Source: Longicatena sp.
GTDB taxonomy: Bacteria; Bacillota_I; Bacilli_A; Erysipelotrichales; Erysipelotrichaceae
DNA length: 42,279 bases
Reading direction: 5' to 3'
Assembly: GCA_020025055.1 (NCBI GenBank)
Contig: JAHHST010000001.1
Coordinates: forward strand, 1 to 42,279
The notes below the pieces were generated by a model, which was not told the DNA's origin, made no database searches, and saw only the letters and a list, made by a program, of their open reading frames with translations. Below, in pieces: positions 17,708 to 26,743 of the stretch (the stretch's first letter is position 1; every line of letters begins with the position of its first letter). Made by a program: the position numbers and the translations under genes.

Positions 17708-18694
17708 TTAGCGAACTAAATGTAAATTTTCTAATAAGATTCCAGTACCTTCTGCAACACAACGTAATGCATTTTCAGCTACATATACTGGGATGTGTAA
17801 TTCGTGTCTTAATAATTCATCAATACCGTGTAACAGAGCACCACCACCTGTTAAAACAATACCTCTTGTAACAATATCACTTGCTAATTCTGGAGGTGTT
17901 TGTTCTAACACTGTTTTACAAGCACGAACAACATCTTGTAAACTTTCTTCCATGCTACCACGAATTTCATCTGCACATAATGTAATTGTTGTTGGTAAAC
18001 CAGTAACTAAGTCACGTCCACTAACTTCAATTGTATCATTTTGTTCTGTTTTCCATGCAGTACCAATACTTTTTTTGATTTCTTCTGCTGTACGATCTCC
18101 AATCAATAATTTTTTCTCTTCTTTTACAAATTTCATGATATCACGATCGAATGTATCACCAGCGATTTTTAATGATGTACTTGATACGATTTCTCCTAAT
18201 GAAATAACCGCAACATCAGTTGTTCCACCACCAATGTCAAGTACCATACATCCACTTGGTTTTCCAATATCAAGTCCTGCTCCAACAGCAGCAACCTTTG
18301 GTTCTTCCTCAATATAAACTTTTTTTGCACCCGCACGGTATGCAGCATCACGAATAGCATTTCTTTCTACGCTAGTGATGTTGCTTGGGCAACAAATTAA
18401 AATGGTTGGGCGTTTAAACATTCCCTTAATTGCTAATTTTTTAAAGAAGAAATTTAACATAATTTCTGTAACTTCAAAATCTGCAATAACTCCATCTTTT
18501 AAAGGACGAATCGCAAGAACTCTACCTGGTGTTCTTCCCAACATGTCCTTTGCTTCTTGTCCTGCAGCTAAACATTTTTTTGTTTCTGCATCTATCGCTA
18601 CGACGCTTGGTTCATCAATGATGATACCTTCGCCTTTTACATACATAAGTAAATTTGCTGTTCCTAAATCAATTCCAACTTCTTTTGAAAACAT
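17708..18694 (-). CDS. mreB: rod-shape-determining actin homolog MreB/Mbl
   Basis: GIDLGTANL, DIGGGTTDVAV and VLTGGGALL motifs. I chose the ATG at 18694 (MFSKEVGIDLG), which has AGGAGG 7 nt upstream. The tracked ORF begins 18 nt earlier. Confidence 0.93.
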   Translation of the reverse strand: MFSKEVGIDLGTANLLMYVKGEGIIIDEPSVVAIDAETKKCLAAGQEAKDMLGRTPGRVLAIRPLKDGVIADFEVTEIMLNFFFKKLAIKGMFKRPTILICCPSNITSVERNAIRDAAYRAGAKKVYIEEEPKVAAVGAGLDIGKPSGCMVLDIGGGTTDVAVISLGEIVSSTSLKIAGDTFDRDIMKFVKEEKKLLIGDRTAEEIKKSIGTAWKTEQNDTIEVSGRDLVTGLPTTITLCADEIRGSMEESLQDVVRACKTVLEQTPPELASDIVTRGIVLTGGGALLHGIDELLRHELHIPVYVAENALRCVAEGTGILLENLHLVR

Positions 18695-18834
18695 AGCCTT
18701 TCCTCCTATCATAAGGTATACATCATTATATCATAAAAAATTCATTTAAAAAGTAAATTTAAGAAACTTCATTCTTCCTTAAGATTTAACCGCTTTCTTT
18801 CTATATAACAGCGAAAATAGTACTTTTGAAAGTA

Positions 18835-19452
18835 CTATTTTTCATTATTCAACATTTTTCCATAAATAGATTTAGGATCCACGATTATACCTTTATGTTC
18901 TACGACAACATGAAGATGATTTCCTAGCTCTTTATTATAAATATTATTGCCAGCTTTACCTAAAACATCCTTTTGATTTACTTTATCACCTTTTTTAAAG
19001 TTCATATTTGATAAACTCTGATATGTAATCAAATAATCTCCACTTTTAATCGTTAATGTATTACCAAACAACTCATCTTCTTTTGCTTCTACAACATCAC
19101 CCGCATAAATTGCGGAAACATCAAATGGTTCATTCTTCTTTGCATAATCAATTCCTTGATTTGCTCGATAAACACCTTCAAACTTACTAATACTTGGAAC
19201 ATCGTGATCCTCTCCATCAAAATATTCAAGAACCGTTTTTACATCTCCTTGGAAAGGTAAATTTGCTTTTTGTTGCATATCAGGTAAATTCAATATTGGT
19301 GCTTTCGTTTCATGGAAAACTGCTCGATCTTTTTCTTTTTGTAAATGAAGATATTGATAACTAATAAATGCAGTTCCAATCATCAATGTACACCCCATTA
19401 TAATTAAAAAACGTTTCTTTACTATATTCATTTTCTTTGTATAACTATACAT
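18835..19452 (-). CDS. spoIIQ: SpoIIQ-like membrane protein with degenerate LytM (M23) domain
   Basis: N-terminal TM segment (FLIIMGCTLMIGTAFISY) followed by an M23 domain. The HxxxD motif is replaced by NQGID and the Y.HL histidine by YQSL, while HLH (GNHLHVVVE) is kept. Its position between spoIID and mbl matches B. subtilis spoIIQ. Confidence 0.65.
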   Translation of the reverse strand: MYSYTKKMNIVKKRFLIIMGCTLMIGTAFISYQYLHLQKEKDRAVFHETKAPILNLPDMQQKANLPFQGDVKTVLEYFDGEDHDVPSISKFEGVYRANQGIDYAKKNEPFDVSAIYAGDVVEAKEDELFGNTLTIKSGDYLITYQSLSNMNFKKGDKVNQKDVLGKAGNNIYNKELGNHLHVVVEHKGIIVDPKSIYGKMLNNEK

Positions 19453-19470
19453 TTCATCACCTCTAGTGAT

Positions 19471-19499
19471 GATTATTCCCTTTATAAGTTCCTTTATAC
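19471..19499 (-). promoter_or_regulatory. candidate forespore (sigmaF/G-type) promoter of the spoIIQ-like gene
   Basis: Minus strand: GTATA (19495-19499) - 14 nt - GGGAATAATC (19471-19480), compared with the sigmaF consensus GYATA-N14/15-GGnnAnAHTR as I recall it. Confidence 0.35.
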
Positions 19500-20435
19500 A
19501 TCGATTTTTTCAATATTCACATCCGTATAATAATGATGTAAAATCTCTTGATAATCATAGTTTTTTAAAGCCATTTGTTGTGCTCCAACCTGTGACATTC
19601 CTACTCCATGTCCATAACCTTTCGTAGTAATTTCATATCCTCCATTTACCTTTTTAATTGTAAAACAAGAGGATCGTAAATGAAGTTTTTCTCTAACTTC
19701 TCTTCCTGAAAATATAATACCATCGATTAAGATATCCTGAATATAACCACTTTTATAAACATGAACATTTTCAATATTAGAAACAGGATTTAAAAATCCT
19801 AAGTTACTAGAAAATTCTTTTTCAGATAATTGGATTGTCTCTAAATATTCATCACTATTTTGATCCCATGAAGAATCTACACTTTTTAAATATGGTTGTT
19901 TATTCTGCCAATATTCTTCGGCATTTGCAGTTTTTCCACATGAAGATGAAAAGAACAATGCAGAAATTGGTTTTCCTTGATACGTCATAATTTCATCTTC
20001 GGTTTCTTTAATTGCTTTTAACACTTTTTTCTTATTCTCTGAATACTGACTTTTCCATATTTGTTTTAGTTGTTGATCATCATGATATACTTGCGTTTGT
20101 ACTGTATCATCTACTTGTAAATTTCTTTGTACAACAAATGTTCTAGCAGCAACACACTGTGCCTTTAATGCCTCTAATTCATATGACACTGGCATTTCTG
20201 AACCAATTACACCATATAAATAATCATTCATAGAAAGTTTTAAAACACTACCATCCTGTCGAGTAACTGTAACTATAACTTTATTTTCCTTCTTTTCACG
20301 CGACCCTTGCTTATTCGATATAAAAGAATGCAGATCTTTCCATTCAATTTTTGAAACTTCATCCATATGTAACCATAAATAAAAAATAGAGATAATACAT
20401 ATTATAAGTATTCCACTTTTAAAAAACTCTTTCAC
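19494..20435 (-). CDS. spoIID: stage II sporulation protein D (lytic transglycosylase)
   Basis: SpoIID/LytB domain with EMP...EALKAQCVAARTF and the C-terminal GHGVGMSQVGA. N-terminal TM anchor. GTG start with RBS GGGAGGAA. Confidence 0.88.
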   Translation of the reverse strand: MKEFFKSGILIICIISIFYLWLHMDEVSKIEWKDLHSFISNKQGSREKKENKVIVTVTRQDGSVLKLSMNDYLYGVIGSEMPVSYELEALKAQCVAARTFVVQRNLQVDDTVQTQVYHDDQQLKQIWKSQYSENKKKVLKAIKETEDEIMTYQGKPISALFFSSSCGKTANAEEYWQNKQPYLKSVDSSWDQNSDEYLETIQLSEKEFSSNLGFLNPVSNIENVHVYKSGYIQDILIDGIIFSGREVREKLHLRSSCFTIKKVNGGYEITTKGYGHGVGMSQVGAQQMALKNYDYQEILHHYYTDVNIEKIDV

Positions 20436-20456
20436 TATCGTTCCTCCCTATAGTTC

Positions 20457-20485
20457 ATCATATGGAATCCTTCTTAACTTATGAC
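20457..20485 (-). promoter_or_regulatory. candidate mother-cell (sigmaE-type) promoter of spoIID
   Basis: Minus strand: GTCATAAG (20478-20485) - 13 nt - CATATGAT (20457-20464), compared with the sigmaE consensus kmATAww-N13/14-CATACAnT as I recall it. Confidence 0.35.
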
Positions 20486-20488
20486 TAA

Positions 20489-20692
20489 TTATAATCCATT
20501 AAATAAAGAAATATTTAACAGAAATTGACCAACTAAATATCCTAAAGCTAACGATAACAATAGTAATAACATCTGAACCTTCCCAGGTTTTTTCACATTA
20601 CAAAACAATTCAAACTTCACACTACTTAATGCCCAAAAAGAAGCCATAAAGCAACATAAATATACAATAAAAGTTACCATAAAATATCTCAT
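20489..20692 (-). CDS. ywzB: DUF1146 (YwzB-like) small membrane protein
   Basis: 67 aa with two TM helices. The pattern FWALSSVKFELF...KPGKVQMLLLLLSLALGYLVGQFLL resembles B. subtilis YwzB (WWALQTVRIDVF...AIGYGVSNFFL). It is adjacent to spoIID, as ywzB is in Bacillus. Confidence 0.65.
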   Translation of the reverse strand: MRYFMVTFIVYLCCFMASFWALSSVKFELFCNVKKPGKVQMLLLLLSLALGYLVGQFLLNISLFNGL

Positions 20693-20730
20693 ATAAACAC
20701 CTTTCTACTTTCTATTACAATTCTTATCAT

Positions 20731-20771
20731 AAATAAAAATACATCAAAAGTATTTCTCTTTCAATGTATTT
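20731..20771 (-). terminator. weak AT-rich terminator after the O-antigen-ligase-family gene
   Basis: Minus strand: AAATACAT - 19-nt loop - ATGTATTT followed by TTATTT. The stem is AT-only, so support is low. Confidence 0.35.
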
Positions 20772-20778
20772 ATATTTC

Positions 20779-21960
20779 TTAATAATCTTTATTAAAATAC
20801 ATACTTGAACTTGATAAAACAAGTAAAAATAACAATCCTGTTTGTATCCAGTACACTGTATAATCTAATAAACCATGAATCATTACACTTAAAATAAAGC
20901 ATATAATTAAAGAACATAATTTAATATCAATTTTATTTACAGCAATTTTATAAACCTCTTTTAAATTACTTCCTATATATACTCCAAAGATACAAACTCC
21001 AATAATTCCATGGCTTAAAAATGGATCTAAATAAACGCTATGTGCATGTTGAGTTGCATGTCCTCCATATAATTTATAAATATGATTATATGTTAGTGGA
21101 CCTTCCCCTAACAATGGATGATCTTTAATACCTTTTACTGCAGTAATCCATATGTTTGAACGCTTTAAAAAATCTTGAACAAGGGTCATTCTCTGGAATA
21201 ACTCTGGTTTCAATAATAAAGCAAGCAATGTTCCACCTAAACTCGCAATTGAAAAGGCAAAATATTTATAACAACGATTCATAAAAAACATAAGTGGAAC
21301 TGTTAAAATAAATGGAACCCATGCTGTACGACAACCAGTTAAATATAGGACAAATAAATTTGCTAAAATGGTAAATCCATAAAAACAAAATGTTTTTATA
21401 TTTCGAACACTCATGATTTTATACATACAGATTAATACAACAAATTCAATCATCATTGCATAGTAATTTGCATTAAAGAAACATGAATGAATACGATATT
21501 TTGGACTATCTTCTACATAAAAATGCCAAAATGAATATCCTAATTGATTCGTAATAATATTATATTCCACTAATGCAAATATGACACATACTAAAGATAA
21601 CATACAACAACAAGTTAAAATAATTTCAAACAAATTTTTATTAATCACTGTTCGAAAATATAATACAAATAATATTAATGAAGTGATTCCAATTCCACAA
21701 GCAGCTCCTAACCAATTCTTATAAAGCAAAGCAACACATGTGGTTAATATACAAAATATAATTGCATAATGAGATCTTGGAACTTTCTGTATAATTTCTT
21801 TCATTTTTCCTTTTTTTACCAAATATACCAAAGAAGCTAAAACAGCTAAAATCGTACAATAAAAAGGTAAGAATATGGAACATGAAACACCTAATACAAT
21901 TCGTTCGTCTATTGACAACCCCTCTAGTTTTTCATGAATAAAAAGGTTTATTTTATTCAT
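20779..21960 (-). CDS. O-antigen ligase/polymerase family (Wzy_C) membrane protein
   Basis: About 10-12 TM segments with a periplasmic-loop motif (TGCRTAW ... GHATQHAHSVYLDPFLSHGIIG) typical of the O-antigen ligase family. I chose the ATG at 21960, which has GGGAGG upstream. Confidence 0.8.
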   Translation of the reverse strand: MNKINLFIHEKLEGLSIDERIVLGVSCSIFLPFYCTILAVLASLVYLVKKGKMKEIIQKVPRSHYAIIFCILTTCVALLYKNWLGAACGIGITSLILFVLYFRTVINKNLFEIILTCCCMLSLVCVIFALVEYNIITNQLGYSFWHFYVEDSPKYRIHSCFFNANYYAMMIEFVVLICMYKIMSVRNIKTFCFYGFTILANLFVLYLTGCRTAWVPFILTVPLMFFMNRCYKYFAFSIASLGGTLLALLLKPELFQRMTLVQDFLKRSNIWITAVKGIKDHPLLGEGPLTYNHIYKLYGGHATQHAHSVYLDPFLSHGIIGVCIFGVYIGSNLKEVYKIAVNKIDIKLCSLIICFILSVMIHGLLDYTVYWIQTGLLFLLVLSSSSMYFNKDY

Positions 21961-22078
21961 ATGTTTTCCTCCCATAAAATCATATACATTATAGCATTAT
22001 CTATATTCTTTATGATATAGATGATATTAATTTTAATAAATAAAAATGCTATAAATTATATATTTTATTTAATCATTT

Positions 22079-22117
22079 TAAAAAACTTCATAATTTATAT
22101 AATAAATCATGAAGTTT
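22079..22117 (-). terminator. rho-independent terminator of the coiled-coil protein gene
   Basis: Minus strand: AAAACTTCATGATTTATTATATAAATTATGAAGTTTT followed by TTAAAA. Confidence 0.7.
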
Positions 22118-22130
22118 TATCATCTTTACT

Positions 22131-23285
22131 TTATTGTAATTCTCTTAATTGATTATCAATGTTTTTGATTTCTTCATTCATTGATTTTACAATATTTTCA
22201 TTTTCTTTTAATTCATTTGTTTTATTTTTTAAGCGATCAGAACTTGCAGTATAATCAGCTTTAATACTATTAAATTCATTTTCTATTTGTTCATACTCAG
22301 TAATTTTACTTTGAATTTCATCCATTTCTGATTTCAATTTTGCTTTTTCTTCTTCATCTGTTTCCTCGTTATATTTATTCGTAATTTCTTCTAATGATTG
22401 TTTTGCTTTACTATATGCTGGTCTATTCGCCGTCATCTTTGTTTGGACTTCTTCAACCTTTTTAAATTTTTCTTGAAGTTCTTTTGTATCGTGATTGATC
22501 TCTGGTTTTAATTTTTTAATTTGGGCTTCTGCATTTTTCTTCTTTTCTTCATAAATTGATTTTTGTTCTTTTAAAGAAGAAATTTTTCCAGAATTATCAA
22601 TGACATCTTCATTATTACTTTCTTCATGATCTGTTGCATCTTCTACTGGTTTCGAATTTTGATCTTCTTGTGGTAATTTCTCGCTATTTAACTCTGTATC
22701 TGCAGGTTTTTTCACTTTATTTAAAATCATTTTTGCTCCTACAAAAATACCACTAAGAACTAATAAAGCAATAATTACAATAATTACATAGGTAATTATT
22801 TTGTTTACTTTATTATTTTTTTCTTCATCTATTTCATCCATTTCTTCTGTTTCATCATCTGTGTCTTTATGTTTTGAGAATAAATGAAATTTTGGTTTTT
22901 CATCTTCTTCATCATCAACAAAATTAAGGTTTTTTGGTTCATCCTCTTTTGGTTCTAATGATTTTTTACCATCCATAATCACTAGCGTTTTCTCCATTGT
23001 GTTCTCAATAAATTTATCTTCATTAAGATCCATCTTTTGTGTATCTGCACTAATATTGACAAATGAAGATGTTTTTTTATTTTCCTCAAAAATTGGAGAT
23101 TGATATTTATTTCCAGTTAACGGATTAATATCATTATTTTTAGCTTTCAATAAAGCATCTTGTTCTTCTTTTTGTTGTTTCATTTTTTTTATTTTTTGAT
23201 GTAAATCATTATCTTTACTATAGTCGCTAATAAGATCCTTTAATTCATCATTTTCATAATTTTTTTCATTTTCGTTATTTTGCAT
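22131..23285 (-). CDS. bitopic membrane protein: acidic low-complexity N-terminal region, one TM, C-terminal coiled coil
   Basis: Long ORF with a central TM segment (IITYVIIVIIALLVLSGIFVGA). D/E/K/N-rich on both sides, with heptad-like K/E repeats over the last ~150 aa. I chose the ATG at 23285 (GGAGG 5 nt upstream). No family recognised. Confidence 0.7.
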   Translation of the reverse strand: MQNNENEKNYENDELKDLISDYSKDNDLHQKIKKMKQQKEEQDALLKAKNNDINPLTGNKYQSPIFEENKKTSSFVNISADTQKMDLNEDKFIENTMEKTLVIMDGKKSLEPKEDEPKNLNFVDDEEDEKPKFHLFSKHKDTDDETEEMDEIDEEKNNKVNKIITYVIIVIIALLVLSGIFVGAKMILNKVKKPADTELNSEKLPQEDQNSKPVEDATDHEESNNEDVIDNSGKISSLKEQKSIYEEKKKNAEAQIKKLKPEINHDTKELQEKFKKVEEVQTKMTANRPAYSKAKQSLEEITNKYNEETDEEEKAKLKSEMDEIQSKITEYEQIENEFNSIKADYTASSDRLKNKTNELKENENIVKSMNEEIKNIDNQLRELQ

Positions 23286-23405
23286 ACTACCCTCCGTCAT
23301 CTTCGTTAATAAATATTTCTACTGATTAACGTACATCACTCTATCATTATATCATTTTAGTTTCTTTTAATTAGTATCCAATTCTTAAATTTCTATTAAT
23401 TCTTA

Positions 23406-24062
23406 TTACTTGTCTCTTACCATTTTCATATTTTGGAAAGGATAGAATACATAAACATCTTTGCCTACAAGATCATCTTTATGAAATGGACCTACTGCTC
23501 TTGAGTCATAAGATACTACACGATTATCTCCTAATAAAAAATATTCATCATCTTTTAATGTGACTTTTGGAAAATCTTCTGTGAATTTCACATGATTTCC
23601 ATTGCTATCTTTATTTTTTCTTATGGATTTTACATAGTCTGTGTCTAAATATGGTTCTTCTAGTGGTTGATCATTTACATATACAACATCATCTTTAGCA
23701 TAAACTGTGTCTCCTGGCATACCAATTACCCTTTTTACCCAGTTTTCTTTTGTGTCTTTATTATATGCAATGACAACATCTTGTCTTTGAATTCCTTCAA
23801 TTTTTCTTAGAAAGATATTCATGATTCCTAACTCATCATTATGTAATGTTGGATACATACTGTCCCCTTCTACATGAACAGGTTTAAATACAAAATTAGT
23901 TAATAAAATTACAGTGATTAAACATATAATAAATGTTTTAAATAAATCAAATAACTCTTTCTTCCAATTTGTTTCATCTTTTATATCTTTATCTTCACTT
24001 TCAATATCATGCATAATAACTGCTTCATAATCTTGATTCATATTTTCTTTATTTTCTTCCAT
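23406..24062 (-). CDS. lepB: signal peptidase I
   Basis: Catalytic Ser box GDSMYPTL, Lys box VKRVIGMPGD and GDNRVVSYDSR. N-terminal TM anchor. Candidate extended -10 TGCTATAAT (24091-24099 on the complement). Confidence 0.9.
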   Translation of the reverse strand: MEENKENMNQDYEAVIMHDIESEDKDIKDETNWKKELFDLFKTFIICLITVILLTNFVFKPVHVEGDSMYPTLHNDELGIMNIFLRKIEGIQRQDVVIAYNKDTKENWVKRVIGMPGDTVYAKDDVVYVNDQPLEEPYLDTDYVKSIRKNKDSNGNHVKFTEDFPKVTLKDDEYFLLGDNRVVSYDSRAVGPFHKDDLVGKDVYVFYPFQNMKMVRDK

Positions 24063-24416
24063 AAAAAAAGCTCCTTCCAGCTTGTTATATATTATAGCAC
24101 TAAATAAATTAAATATATTAGAAAATATTGTATTTCATAAATAAATATCCACCACTCTAATTAGTAATTTTTACGTAAACCTATGAAAAAAACTTATTTT
24201 CCTATTACACTCACAATCATATCCATGTATCCCCTATTTACTTTCCTATAATATCTACATAATATTCTTTACACCAAAATAGGCTTTATCCCTATTTCTG
24301 TTTTAACTTTGTATGTCTTTCAATATGATCCTTGTTCTTTTTTTAGTATCCTATAAATGAAGAAATATTCATCCTAAAATGAAATCATAGTTTGAATAGC
24401 TAGTCTACTACACAAC

Positions 24417-24444
24417 AAAAAGGCATGAAACATTATCATGCCTT
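24417..24444 (-). terminator. rho-independent terminator of the PTS-HAD operon
   Basis: Minus strand: AAGGCATGATAATGTTTCATGCCTT followed by TTTG. Confidence 0.8.
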
Positions 24445-24487
24445 CTATAAGTAAGTAATTGTAATTTTTATATAAGAGTAATTTATA

Positions 24488-25123
24488 TTAAATAAACTTC
24501 TTTATTTCTGAAATATCGAGAATGATCTCATCCGCTTGACTTTGATCAATTTGGTATTGAGTATCTTTATATGCAATTACCTTCATTCCTGCATTTTTAC
24601 CGGCTAAAATTCCATAAAAACTATCTTCAACAACAATACATTCACAAGGTTCCACTTTTAATTTTTCAGCTGCTGTTAAATAGATTTCTGGATTAGGTTT
24701 GCTTTCTTCAAACATTTCTCCACTTAAAATTATATCAAACATATTTTGAAGTTTGCATTCATCAATCATTGTTTCTATTTGTTTTAAAAGTGAACTGCTC
24801 GCAATAGCTGTTTTATATCCATTAGCTTTTAACCAGACTAGAGTTTCGCGTACAGATGAATTAAGCACATCCCCATAATATACAGGGTGCTCCTTACAAT
24901 ATTTTTCAAATTTTCTATTAAATTGGGATAAACTCCAATGAACATTCATATACTGAATACATTGTAAATTCGTATATTCATATGATGTACCAATTAAACT
25001 ATGCATAAATTCTTCCGTAGCATATACATCATATTCTTTCATGAAATTTACTAATTGATCTATATTTTTTGATTCACTATCAACCAAAACTCCATCCATA
25101 TCAAACAAAACGGCTTTTATCAT
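24488..25123 (-). CDS. HAD-IA family hydrolase (beta-phosphoglucomutase / sugar-phosphatase-like)
   Basis: Motif I LFDMDGVLVDSE, motif II IASSS, and motifs III/IV K...VVEDSFYG. Starts 4 nt after the PTS IID stop. Confidence 0.88.
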   Translation of the reverse strand: MIKAVLFDMDGVLVDSESKNIDQLVNFMKEYDVYATEEFMHSLIGTSYEYTNLQCIQYMNVHWSLSQFNRKFEKYCKEHPVYYGDVLNSSVRETLVWLKANGYKTAIASSSLLKQIETMIDECKLQNMFDIILSGEMFEESKPNPEIYLTAAEKLKVEPCECIVVEDSFYGILAGKNAGMKVIAYKDTQYQIDQSQADEIILDISEIKKFI

Positions 25124-25126
25124 TTT

Positions 25127-25924
25127 TTATAATAAACCAATCCAAGAACAGAAGATTGATATAACAATTATAGATACAATCAAAATAACCGGATTTATCT
25201 GTTTTTTCTTTAATAACCAAAATAAAAGTAATGTAATTACCATTGGCAAGAAATTAGGGAAAATACGATCAAAGAATTCAGTTTGAAGTGAAACTTCAAT
25301 TCCTCCATCTACTTTAATAACTGGCAAAAGTGTAATAGAAACATAAGAAGCAATTAAAGCACCAATAACTGTAATTCCTAAAATTGTTGCTGAATTTGCG
25401 ATAGTATCAGAATTTTCTGTAATAATATCAATTGACTTTGTACCTAAGTTATATCCCATATGAGTCCAAACAATACGTAAAATCCAAATTACGATATATG
25501 TAGCAACGAAAATAATTGGTCCTACAATAGATCCTTGAGCAGCAAATGAACAAGAGATACCTGCTACAATTGGTAATAATGTAAACCAGAAAATAGCATC
25601 TCCAATACCTGCGATTGGCCCAAATAAAGCTAATTTTAAACCTTTAATTGTTTCACGGCTCGCACCACCTTCTTCAAGTGACATCATTAATCCCATCAAG
25701 AATCCTACTAAGTTAGGGTGTGTATTAATAAATTCAAGATTATCTGTCATTGCAGCAGAAAGTTTCTCTTTATCATCCCCATATATTTTTTTCAATGCAG
25801 GTAACATAGCCCAAGTAAAACCACAAGCCTGCATACGTTCGTAGTTAAATGATGCTTGCAAAAAAGATGTTCGCATACCTAATATGGTAATATCTTTTTT
25901 TGATAATTTTTTAGATTCCAACAT
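25127..25924 (-). CDS. PTS mannose/fructose/sorbose family IID component
   Basis: The N-terminus KKLSKKDITILGMRTSFLQASFNYERMQ is typical of EIID(Man). Multi-pass membrane protein. Confidence 0.93.
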   Translation of the reverse strand: MLESKKLSKKDITILGMRTSFLQASFNYERMQACGFTWAMLPALKKIYGDDKEKLSAAMTDNLEFINTHPNLVGFLMGLMMSLEEGGASRETIKGLKLALFGPIAGIGDAIFWFTLLPIVAGISCSFAAQGSIVGPIIFVATYIVIWILRIVWTHMGYNLGTKSIDIITENSDTIANSATILGITVIGALIASYVSITLLPVIKVDGGIEVSLQTEFFDRIFPNFLPMVITLLLFWLLKKKQINPVILIVSIIVISIFCSWIGLL

Positions 25925-26714
25925 TTTCGTTACCTCCTAATTCTCCTGACGCTTGTATTAATTCATCCATTTCTTGTTTACGTTGTCTTACACCAAAGAA
26001 ATCAAGTAATGCAAATACTGTACCTAACATAGCAACTGGTAATAAGTTAGACATTTCAACAAAACATGCCATCAAGAATCCTGAAATAAAATAAGGGATA
26101 TATTTTCCTTTCATCATTACACGTAATAACATAGCAAAACCAACTGCTGGTAAAATTCCACCAGCAACTTCTAATCCATGAGTAATAACTTTTGGTAATG
26201 AAGTTACAAATGCAATCATTGGTTGTTGTGCAACATATGTACATAAGAATGCTAAAATTCCATATGATAATGAGACAATAGCCATTGTAGTAAAGTTAAT
26301 TTTTGCAATTCCTTTCAAATCTGCTTCAGCAGCATATTTGTCTGCTTTTCCCATAAAGAATGAGAATGATGAATAGAAAAATAAAATTACATATTGACCT
26401 AAAAATGAGAATGGTAAACATAATCCTAATGCTGCTTTTGTATCACATCCTGTTGTATATGCTAATACAGTTCCCATCAACCCTGCAAATACTGGGTTAG
26501 GTGGTTGTGTACCTCCTGCAGCTGTTAATCCAGCAAATGTTAATTCAATCAAAGCTCCGACTTTTAACCCTAGTTCAACATCACCTAAAATAATTCCTGT
26601 TAATGTCGCTACAATTAATGGACGGAAAACAAAAAATGCTTCAAGGAAAAAATCAAGACCAACTAAAACAGCCATAATTGCCAATAAAATTCCTTGTACT
26701 AATGAAATTTCCAT
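25911..26714 (-). CDS. PTS mannose/fructose/sorbose family IIC component
   Basis: The polytopic membrane protein starts MEISLVQGILLAIMA...GD.ELG, typical of EIIC(Man). It overlaps the IID start by 14 nt. Confidence 0.93.
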   Translation of the reverse strand: MEISLVQGILLAIMAVLVGLDFFLEAFFVFRPLIVATLTGIILGDVELGLKVGALIELTFAGLTAAGGTQPPNPVFAGLMGTVLAYTTGCDTKAALGLCLPFSFLGQYVILFFYSSFSFFMGKADKYAAEADLKGIAKINFTTMAIVSLSYGILAFLCTYVAQQPMIAFVTSLPKVITHGLEVAGGILPAVGFAMLLRVMMKGKYIPYFISGFLMACFVEMSNLLPVAMLGTVFALLDFFGVRQRKQEMDELIQASGELGGNENVGI

Positions 26715-26743
26715 AATAATAGTTCTCCTTTTCTTTGTGATTC

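Noticed and set aside
17793-18317. 174-aa plus-strand ORF (also 18375-18749, 124 aa) opposite mreB/mbl
   Set aside because: It lies fully antisense to a strongly supported conserved gene. The product is Ser/Pro/Ile-rich low-complexity sequence with no RBS, which is a typical shadow ORF in AT-rich DNA.
24183-24251. 22-codon plus-strand hydrophobic ORF (MKKTYFPITLTIISMYPLFTFL) that could be a type I toxin-like peptide
   Set aside because: There is no RBS, no obvious promoter or antisense RNA partner, and no terminator. Hydrophobic mini-ORFs are common by chance in T-rich DNA.
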